Below, piece by piece: positions 53,470 to 64,000 of a stretch of DNA of 64,000 bases. Source of the DNA: the human T2T-CHM13v2.0 reference genome, Homo sapiens. How positions within the stretch are numbered: position 1 is the first letter of the stretch; each line of letters starts with the position of its first letter. Below the pieces are notes generated by a model. That model was not told the DNA's origin, made no database searches, and worked only from the letters and a program-made list of their open reading frames with translations. The DNA lies in assembly GCF_009914755.1 (NCBI RefSeq), contig NC_060940.1. The stretch is one strand, 5' to 3'. The position numbers and the translations under genes were made by a program.

Positions 53470-53830
53470 GTTTCCAAGCAAACAACAAGCTTTGCCACCT
53501 CTGTGCCTCTGCCAGTGCCGTGACCCCTGCCTGGGGTGCCCTTCCTTGCTGCCCTGGACAACTCCTCTTTCCTTCCAAGGTCCAGATCACGTCTCACCTC
53601 TCCTGTGACACCCCAACACCTCCTCTCCCCCAGAGCACCACAGGCTGCTCCCTCCCCGGACCGAGCACCCGTGTAACTGTGCATCTCACTTGGGTAGCAT
53701 CTAGCACATCTTGGGGGACCATCTGCTGTCTCCTTAGTGTCTGTGTAGACCTGGGGTGTCGTACTATCATCCTGGGGGCCTGGACTGCTGCCTGGAGGGT
53801 TCTGAGGCTGTGCCTGGCCTAGTGGACGGC
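53470..53830 (+). mobile_element. L2 LINE fragment
   Basis: 'cctgcctggggtgcccttcc...aactcctctttccttccaaggtccagatca'. Confidence 0.55.
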
Positions 53831-53909
53831 ATGGGCTGCTTAATGACATCTTACAGCATGCAGGAAGGGCGAAGTGCAGCTCCTGGATGGGCTGTTGCCA
53901 TGGTCTGGC

Positions 53910-54240
53910 CCCCATGGTGCTCAGACTTGCCAGAGCATCTGAATCTCTGGGAGTCCTGTTCAACCTGGGTCCCCAGGCACCACTGCCAGGGATTCTGAGA
54001 CAGGAGGTCTGGGATGCCCCAGAACTTGCGTATCAAACAAACTCTCAGGGATGGCCAGTGCCACGGGTCTCCAGGCTGGGAACATGGATCCCAGTCCAGG
54101 CTAGCTGCCTCTGTAGCCCTCGGGAGCCCATTAGAAATGCAGACCCTCCCCCTGCCCAGATCCACTGCACGAGAATCTACATGTCTATGAGATTCCGGGG
54201 GCACCTGTCTGTGGAGTTTGAGGAGCACAGCCTTAGATGC
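53910..54240. mobile_element. MER5-family fragments (two)
   Basis: 'attagaaatgcagaccctccccc', 'gtttgaggagcac', 'gattctgagacaggaggtctggg'. Confidence 0.55.
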
Positions 54241-54708
54241 TAGTCCCCGGTGTGGGCACCATGCACCACTCCTTCTGCATTTGTGTCACTACCTGCTTCT
54301 GCACGTAGGAGGCACCTCAAATGCCATTTAGAATGGATGCTCAGTAAGCCAAATGTGGCCTCCTTTTTCCCTTTTGGAAAGGAAGGTCCTTCTTTCTCAA
54401 ACCTTGTGTCTAGAATGTTCCCCAATGAGGGGAGGATGTCTCACTAAAAACACTGAAAGGACATTGCTTATACACTGGCCTTCTGTAGAGAGCCTCTGGA
54501 GCCTCGAGGAAGTGTAGCTCCTAACGCAGTCGGCTGCACTGACTCAATTATACATCTATTGGACCTTCCCAAGTGCAGAGCTGCCACTGTCACTTCTGAT
54601 CGTAACAACCCAAATGCATGTCTCCAGATAGCACCAGAAGTAAGAGCTGGAGGGATAAGGATGGTAATGCTTGGGTGTCAGCCCCACAGAGGAGAAGGGG
54701 AGCAAAGG

Positions 54709-54790
54709 TCTGATGGGGGGATGTGACGGTTCTTCCCAACCGGGGTCTCTGATGGGGGGATGTGATGGTTCTTCCCAGCTGGGGTCTCTC
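54709..54790. repeat. 39-bp tandem duplication
   Basis: tctgatggggggatgtgayggttcttccc at 54709 and 54748. Confidence 0.88.
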
Positions 54791-54895
54791 ATGGTCTCTC
54801 TCTGACTGGAGTTGGGGAAGGATATTTGGACACCTGGACATGCGTGTCTGCATGCCCCTGGGATGTGCTCTCTAGAAAAGCACTAGGCACGTTCA

Positions 54896-55638
<743 letters not shown>

Positions 55639-56212
55639 TTAACTCACAGGAGTGGGGTAGACCATTAAGGCTAATTTCAGGCCCAATATTGTCATTTTTA
55701 GAGGAGAAAAGTGGAAACCCTGGGCACTTGCCTGGGTAGTGGCTGAACCAGAGGTGACACCTTGCTCAGTCCCAGCACAGCCCCACCATGCACCCGGCAC
55801 CACACCAGGCACTCACCCTCTTATACAACAGGACAGGTGGCGTGTTTGTGAAACTAGTGGAGGTTTGTGTTCAGGAGGTGGAGGAGGGAGGACAGGAAGG
55901 AGAGGGAGAAGAGCATGCACTGGAGAAGTAAATCCAGGGATCACACACAGCCACGTCCTCACAATGCATGCTTGAGATCAGTGTTTGTACTAAGGGCAAT
56001 GGGGAGCTATTGAAGACTCCAGGCTGGAAGCAACACAGGCAAGAGTGTGTCTTAGAAGCATCTCTGTTGCATTTGGTAGGCTGAGATAGAGGCTAAGCTG
56101 AGGCTGTTGGAGAACTCAACAGCGGAGGGTGTTGGCTTGAACTAAGGAAGTATGTTGTGTAAACGGGAGTGCTGTGACCTGTTGCAGTCTTACTTTCCCA
56201 CTGACTTCTATG

Positions 56213-56445
56213 GAGTATCAGTTTCCTGTTGCCTCTGTAACACACTGCCACAAACTGGACTTTAGAACAATAGATGTTCATCATCGCTCTTCCCAGGAGT
56301 GTCCGGAGGGAACCAGCCCCTGCCAACACCTGGACCTTAGGACCTCTGACCTCCAGAACTGGGAGAGACTAGATGTGTGTGGTTGGAAGCCTCTAAGTCA
56401 GTGGTCATTTGTTATAGCAGTGCTAGGGGCACTAGGAAACAATTA
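56213..56445. mobile_element. Two MLT1 LTR 3' ends in opposite orientation
   Basis: 'tcagtttcctgttgcctctgtaaca' (-) abutting 'ccagcccctgccaacacctgg...ctccagaact...tttgttatagcag' (+). Confidence 0.7.
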
Positions 56446-57295
56446 CCAGAGGCAAGAGACAAAGTCTTATTAGCTACCCTCCTCTGAAGGACAGAAAGGA
56501 AAATATGAGACCAGGAGGGTGTTGAGAGCCAAGTGGATTGAAGTGAAGGCTTGGGGCTCCTTGTGGATTTTGTTTGTGTGGGTTATTTTGTTCCCAGGAG
56601 TCTCAGGCTGTGTAGCCAAATGCAGTCTGCAGTTCTACTCTTTCCTTTCTTTGAAAGCAAACAGCCTCTTTTGGAAGAGTGAAGGGCACCCGAGGTTCCA
56701 GCTGGGGCTGGCCCAGGCCACGGAGCTCTCAGAATGCGTACAGCGCAGACAGCACCCTGCAGTTGGGTGGGTGCTGGCTTTGAGGTCTGGAGATCTAGAT
56801 GCCCACAAGGTGCCCCTGGCAAGTGGGGGCTGCAAAGGCATCACCCACCCCACTGGGCTGGGGCAGAGAAATAGACATGATGCATCTGATGAGCTCGGAA
56901 AACATTTCTAATGTATTTATTTTTTGTGGTTCGGCTACAGAAGAGAATAAGAAAGGGCTGAAGGGGATGAATGAACAAGAGCAGGAGAAGGACTGCCCTG
57001 AGGGCAGGAGAAAAGGGTGTGAATCGGGATAGAAGTCAGAACCCCACCAGCTTCTTGCCTGGGAACCAATTGCTGGAGCTGCTTCCTTCCTTCGTTCATT
57101 CCTGCTTTCTTCACTCCTTCATTCCCTGAACATCAGACATGGTCATAGGCCCTGCTGAGAATTAAAACAGAACAATGAACAAGTCCCACTCTCAGAACGC
57201 AGGCAGAGGTGAAATGTTCGGTGGGCTATGGTGATGGCTTTGGAGATTTACTGGTAGCTTCTGTGGGGTTACTCTGGCTGGGGACCCCAGGGGCC

Positions 57296-57612
57296 TGCTA
57301 TGGACAGAATTGTCTCCCTCTCAAATTTGTATATTGAAGTCCTAACACCCAGCGTGATGGTATTTGGAGGGGGGGACTTTGGAGGGTGATTGAGTTTAGA
57401 TGAGGCCATGAAGCTGGGACCCCATGATGGGATTGGTGTCCTTACAAGGAGAGGAAGAGGCTGGAGCTCCTTCTCTCACCTTGTGAGGACACTGTGGGAA
57501 GCCACCTGCAAGTCAGGAAGGGCCCTCATCAGAAGCCAAGTCAGCCATACCTTGATCTTGGAATTCCAGCCTCCAGAACTATGAGAAACAAATTCCTCTT
57601 GTTGAAACCATG
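57296..57612 (+). mobile_element. MLT1A-like MaLR LTR
   Basis: 'tgctatggacagaattgtc...atgatgggattggtgtcctta...ccagcctccagaactatgagaaacaaatt'. Confidence 0.88.
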
Positions 57613-58052
57613 CAGCCTCAGCTGGTGGAAGCGTTCGGGGTGAGCATGGCTCCTGCAGGGAGATGGAGCAGGGACATTGTGTCAGGTCTAAGGCTGCTGG
57701 TAGAGCCTCAGCTTCCTTTCCTTGGCACTCACCAGGCCATGCTGGGAAAGAAGTCTGAGCCAGGTAGTTCGGAAAACACCCCCTTGGTAACTCTTTTGGG
57801 AAACGGAGACAGACATCAAGGTCTTATCCACTTTGTGCAGGAAGATGACATGCGGTAATAAGGAAAAGAAAATGGGAGGTCCTCTGTCTCATGGAATTTG
57901 GGGTCACAAGTGTCTGTACAACACCTTACTGGGTCTCAACTCCCAGCTTCTCAGGAACAAGAGACAAAGAATATAGGTCAGCAGAGCAGAGCCCGAGGGG
58001 CTGGTCCACAGTCCAAGTCACACATGATGAGGACAGTATTGAGAGTCATCAC

Positions 58053-58722
58053 ATGATGATGGCAGTGATGGTGGTAGTGATGATGGTGGTGATGGTGATG
58101 ATGGTGGTGATAAAGGTGATAATGGTGGTGATGATGGTGTTGATAATGGTGGTGATGATGGTGTTGATAATGGTGGTGGTGACAGTGGTAATGATCATGA
58201 TGGTGATGATGGTGGTGATGATGGTGGTGATGACGATGATAGTAATGACGGTGATGGTGGTGGTGGTGGTGGTGGTGGTGGTGATGACAATGATGGTAAT
58301 GATGGTGGTGATGATGGTGGTGATGATGATGATGGTAATGATAGTGATGGTGGTGGTGATGGTGGTGGTGGTGGTGATGGTGGTGGTGGTGATGGTGGTG
58401 GTGGTGGTGATGACAATGATGGTAATGATGGTGATGATGGTGGTGGTGATGATGGTGGTGGTGATGATGATGATGTGGTGATGGTGGTGATGATGGAGGT
58501 AATGGTGATGATGGTGATAGTGATGATGGTGATGATGATGAGGATGATGGTGATGGTAGTGATGGTGGTGGTGATGGTGGTGGTGGGGATGGTGGTGGTG
58601 GTGGTGATGGTGGTGGTGATGGTGATGAGGATGATGGTGATGGTAGTGATGGTGGTGGGGATGGTGGTGGTGGTGATGATGGTGGTGATGGTGGTGATGA
58701 TAAGGATGATGATATTGATTAT
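58053..58722. repeat. (TGG/TGA)n trinucleotide repeat tract
   Basis: Direct reading. Confidence 0.97.
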
Positions 58723-58728
58723 GAGAGT

Positions 58729-59398
58729 TGTCTTAGTCCATCTGGGTTGCTTTAACAAAATACTATAAATTGGAGGCCAAGCATGGTGGCTCACACCTGT
58801 AATCCCAGCACTTCGGAAGGCTGAGGCTGGAGGATCACTTTAGGCCAGGAGTTCGAGATTAGCCTGGGCACTACACAGGAGGATCCATATCTCTACAGAA
58901 CATTTTAAAATTAGCTGGGTGTGGTGGTGTGCACCTGCAGTCTCAGTTACTCAGGAGGCTGAAGTAGGAGGATTGCTTGAGCCCAGGAGGTTGAGGCTGC
59001 AGTGAGCAATGATCTCACCACTGTGCTCCAGCCTGGGTGGCAGAGCGAGACCCTGTCTCTAAAAAAAACCAAAAAAACCCATAAATTAGGTGGCTTATAA
59101 ACAACAGAAGTTCCTTTCTCATAGTTCTGGAGGCTGGGAAGTCCAAGATTAAGATATCAGTAGAGTCAGTGTCTGGTGAGGCCCATTTCCTCATAGATGG
59201 TTATCTTACTGCGCCCTCACATGGCGGAAGGGGTAAGGGGGCTTTCTAGGGCCTCTTATAAAGCACGAATCCCATTAATGAGGGCTCTGCTTCTTAACTT
59301 CATCACCTCTCGAAGGCCCCACCTCCTAATCCCATCACTTTGAGGTTAAGGATTTCAACAAATGAATGTGGAGGGACACAAACACTCAGGCCCCAGCG
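58729..59398 (-). mobile_element. MLT1A/MST-like LTR interrupted by AluJ
   Basis: 'tgtcttagtccatctgggttgc...ggtggcttataaacaacagaa...agttctggaggctgggaagtccaagat'. Confidence 0.85.
58775..59077 (+). mobile_element. AluJ SINE
   Basis: J-type motifs 'gaggattgcttgagcccaggaggttgaggctgcagtgagc'. Confidence 0.92.
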
Positions 59399-60204
59399 TG
59401 GCCCAGCACCTGCAGAATGTGGCTTGGTGCAATCACTCTTTAAGCTCCCGCCCCTGGTTACTTGGTTTATTCCCCCCTCCGCCACACAAACCTCCAAGGC
59501 TGGGCTACTGATCATCCTCTTCCTACAGACGAGAGACTGCAGGCCTGGAGATGACACAGCCTGCTCAGGCCACACGGCCTGCAGGTGGCACTGCACTGCA
59601 GCAGCCGGGGACGGGCCCCACGTCCTCAGTGCCCTGTGATGTCATTTCAGTGTCGGAGCAGGGAGGGACCTGCTTGTTTTAGAGAAGGGGGTTCACCTGG
59701 GACACCCCTGAGCTTTGTCCCAAGCCTCAACAAGCCACTCACTTCCCACTTGGGAGTAGTTTCTCTGCACGCACCAGGCAGTGGGACCAGGGAAGAAATC
59801 GCGTCCACTAAGTGGCGTCGTCTGCCTGCAAGACCTGCACAGCTCCCAGGCCTATGGCTTTGGGCACCAGGTGCTGGGCCAGCGTCTGGAAATGATTAAT
59901 TCCTGGGCACACCTGCTGTGTGCCCAGCCCTGGGGCTGAGGACGGAGCCCTTTCCTGCCATCATGGAGCCTGCATTGCACGGGGTGAGATGCGTGATAGA
60001 AGGACGTATCCCACATCACGTGCACTGAAGACAAAGCTGTGAAAGGATAGAGTGTGGGGAGGGGCTTCTGTCTCAGATGTGGAGGTCAGGGACGTCCTCC
60101 CCAGCGGGTGACTTTGGAGCAGGGGCCTGAGGGACGTGGGCAGCCCGGCAGACCCCTCATTACATGTGTTAAAGCCTCCTCCGGTGGGGGGCTGGGCAGA
60201 GGCT

Positions 60205-60400
60205 ATTGCAGTTGTCCAAACTTCCTGCAATGGCAGAACATTCTAGATCCGCACTGTCCAGTAAGGTGGCCACGAGTCACACGTGACTGTCGAGCTCTGG
60301 AAATGCAGCTGGTGCAGCTAAGGAGCTGAATTTTAAATTGTATTTAATTCTTGTCACTTTAAATGTAAATGTCTACCCATGGCTAGCAGTGACAGGGCAG
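60205..60400 (+). mobile_element. MER3 (hAT-Charlie) element
   Basis: 'gcactgtccagtaaggtggccacgagtcacacgtgact...gagctgaattttaaattgtatttaatt'. Confidence 0.8.
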
Positions 60401-63041
60401 GCCCACCTGGCCTTGGCGAAGCAGGTGAGTGCTGGAGTGTGTACTTTGAGGCTGACGGGTTTCTTGATGGATGGGTGGCGAGCAGAATGGGTTTTTAGCT
60501 GGCCAGGCCTTGGAGTTGTGAAACCTGGACTTTGTTTTATGGTGGTTCTGTGGTCTTGGACAGAGTTCACAACCTCACCAACTCTCTGTTTATTAAAAAG
60601 AGAGCGATGGCTCTGCTGGTCACGCCGGGACGTTGCAAGGCACAAATGCAGCAGACGTGAGCCTGTGTGTGGCTCACATTGGGTCAGCATTAGCCCCGCA
60701 AGCCACCCGAGGCGAGGGCCCCTGGCAACTCCAGGGCGGCTGCTTGACAAGGCGCTGCTGCCGCCTCATGTTCTCTGTTACCTGGCTTGGGGTCTTCTGG
60801 GCTCTGCAGGCCATGTTTGAGGTGGGTTGTGACCCAGTGCTCCAGTCTGACCCTCGACCCTCCCCCAAATCCCACCAGGGTTCCCATTCCACCGTGACCT
60901 GGCAGGAGATGTCAGACCGCAGCTGAGGGCCCTGCTGGTTTCCTACGAGGAGGCTGCAGATGGGAATGAGGACCTCACGGTCAAGGGCGTGGACACCGCC
61001 CGCCTGACAGATGACACATTTGTGAGTGGGTCCCCAGAGGTCTGCCCTGGCACCTGACAACCCCGGGAGGCAGGAACAGGTTAGAGCCAACTGTGGAGCT
61101 CATCAGAGAGGTGACTTTCAGTACCAAAAGGGTGTTTTCCAAGGGAAATCCTGCCGCACAGGGCAAATGAAAGCAGGTCAGGGCTCACCAGTCACTGCAG
61201 AATCCGCCGGCCCACATGTCCCTGGTCTTCAGAGGTGGGAACAGCCAGCTGGGAAGGAATCCACCTGCCCCCATGGCCTGTGGATCTGAGGACTCCGCTC
61301 CCACCTCCTGTGCCAACCATTGTTTGGTGAAGGCGCCCTTGCTCCCAGCCCGCTCTCCTCTGACATTCTTTGGTGAGCATCCCATCTCCTTTTCTCCAGA
61401 ACCAGCCGGCTCAGACCACCCACATATTTTACAGTTACTGGGCTTCTATGTTCCACAGAGGGTGCTTGGCTGGGGGGACAGGGGAGGGGACAGAGCCTCA
61501 GGCCAGGTGCAGGGAGGACGGTGCTGGCCATAGGGCTGGGGCAGCCTCAGGTCACACCACCATTCCAGCACTCTCTGTGTGGCTCCAGGGACTCAGCGTC
61601 GCCACCTGGGAGTTGGGATGGGGGCTCAGGCAGAGGCGCTGGTTCGTTGTCCCACAGATCAAGCCTCTCTGAGTCCTCGGCTGTCTTGGTGGAGACTCCA
61701 AAGGTGAGGCCGGACTGCATGTCCCATGACCCTTCTCCACCGGGCAGGGCCAAGGACCCTGCAGCAAGGGCCCTTCATGCCGGGCTCACCACCCTGTTCC
61801 CTCCATGACCTCGCCAAAAGCCTCCCGCTCCCACCCCCGGCTTTGGGACGGTCAAACAGGTGAGGGCTGGGGGTCCTGCCCCGGGGGGAGGATGACAGGC
61901 GACGGGAGGAGTGCCCGGCATGGCCGAAGAGAACACGGCAGTGGGGTGTGTGTCAGCAGCAGTGGCACAGCCAAACCCCGGCAGGCTTCATGCAGAAGGC
62001 GGCATCTGGGGAGAAGTTAAAAGCTGAGCAGGAGCCAGCGGGTGAAGTGGGAAACGGAGAAAGGGCTATAGCCTGTGCCCAGCTCTCCCTGTCAGCCTGA
62101 GACGAGGGACATCTTTTGTGTCCGGGCACTGCCTGGGTTGCTTGGACAGAAGCCTCAGAGCTGGAAGGAGCTGAGAAACCACAAGCTCCAATGCTCACGC
62201 CCCATAGGGGACCGAGGAACCGCAGAAGGGACCGCACCTGCCCGGTGGCCAGCAACGGAAGGACGGCAGGGAGCGAACACACTCCAGCCCCTACGGTCTC
62301 TCCGCTCTCCCAGCTGAGCTGTCTTCCCCGGAGGCCGGGCTGCAACCCGAGAAGGCGCCGCGCCATCGGCCCTCACCCTGCTCCGCCTAAGCTGCTGCTT
62401 TTCCTCTGCAAATGCCCTGGGCTGGACGTCAAACCACAGTCAGGTAGGGGCGGCCCAGACCAGGGACCAGCAGCTCGTTCCCTCTGCCTGGTCTCACTTC
62501 TAAAGCCACTGGAAGAGGAAACACATAAAATGTGACTTTGCAGAGGAATTCCAATAAACAAGATGTGTTTCCAAGTCTTCTGAGGCTGCCGAGACTGAGT
62601 AGCTGCGTGTGAGCAGCCACAACTCCTCTGTTGTCCTCCTGCAAAGTGTCCCCGCCCTCCCACTCAGGTCGCGTTCCTCCGGCCGCCCCCGGCTGCTCCC
62701 GCCACAGGAGACTGGACGGTGGGCTCTGGCCTTGGGGACCTCCGGCCCTGCCTGCAGCAGGCCCCAGTGTGTGTGGGCGAGAGGGCCGGGCCAGCTGACT
62801 CCTGTCTTTCTTTGGGACCACGTCATCAAGCGGGCTGGAGCCAGAGGCTGGGCCCCTCTGTGTCCCGGGGATCCTCACCCCCCAGGTCCCCAGTGCTGTC
62901 CTTGTCACCACTGAACGGCAGTTTCTCCCCACCCCGTGCTTCAGTTTACCTGTCCGGACCAGGGGTGGCAACCTCTTTTCCAGAACGGGGCAGAAGGTGA
63001 ATGCAGTTCACTCTAGTTCTCTGCATTGTGTCTTCTTTTTA

Positions 63042-63392
<351 letters not shown>

Positions 63393-63519
63393 TTAAAACA
63401 CCACTCTCAGCATGGAGGCTGGGCACAGACAGCTGTGGCTGCCGGCAGTCCTGCAGCCCTGGAGTGGACTGTGGGGTGAGGCTGCACCTGCCCAGGGGTC
63501 TCCGGGTGTCCCTGCAACT

Positions 63520-63625
63520 CCATCTTGAGCAGGCCCTTACATGCCAGTGCCTGGCGTTGCTCGTGTTGGCCTGTGGTTTACAGATAAGGAAACTGAGGCT
63601 GGGAAGGGCCAGAAGTTCCCTAAGG
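63520..63625 (-). mobile_element. MIR fragment
   Basis: 'tttacagataaggaaactgaggct'. Confidence 0.75.
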
Positions 63626-64000
63626 CGCCGGCTGCTGGCAGGGGTGGGGGAGCTCTGAACCCTATCATTTGTGTGCTCACAATGATAACCCACAGGTGGT
63701 GGGGGCCGTGGTGTCTCTTGATGGCCTGGGGCTCCCATGTGGGCCCACCCTGCTGGGTCCAGGGTGTCCTCCTGTTCCTCCTCCCTTTTTGCCTGGAGGA
63801 GACTCCTCCACTAACTCTGAGGTTCTAGTGACTTCCTGCCGTGCTCCCCCCAGGAGTAGCCATGTTTCCACAGCCACCCCACGGGCAGTGGCCAGAGTGG
63901 CTGGAATGCCAGGTTCAGCATCTGTGGTGTGAGGCATGGACACAGCACCTGCGAATCCGTGTTGGCTGTCATTCCTATTAACCAGTTATAACAAGGATCA

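Noticed and set aside
57891-58794. Met/Val-rich and Ser/Pro/Thr-rich ORFs
   Set aside because: Artefacts of the TGG/TGA triplet tract

Overview
This is GC-rich primate genomic DNA, most likely human (AluY/S/J, FLAM, L1M, L2, MIR, MaLR/ERVL LTRs, and hAT and Tigger DNA-transposon fossils). It looks intronic or intergenic. I found no credible protein-coding exon, RNA gene or CRISPR array; the long ORFs in the track are artefacts of simple repeats, VNTRs and Alus. The locus cannot be named from sequence alone; BLAT against hg38/T2T would decide it. I did not find a new gene system. The structure that ordinary repeat classes do not explain is: (1) a local rearrangement cluster at 11.4-14.3 kb, where a 97%-identical 178-bp dispersed duplicate starts almost exactly where a ~137-bp diverged inverted repeat ends; (2) an unusually high density of young tandem duplications and VNTRs, including a 170-bp near-perfect duplication and a duplicated PBX/PREP + E-box + GATA motif module; (3) old L1 segments with strong, localized AT-to-GC drift, suggestive of GC-biased gene conversion; (4) a poly(A)-tailed MER41 3' fragment that looks like a retrocopied LTR transcript; (5) several AT-rich, motif-dense, non-repetitive islands resembling developmental enhancers. 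Repeat subfamily calls come from recalled consensus sequences, and their boundaries are approximate.
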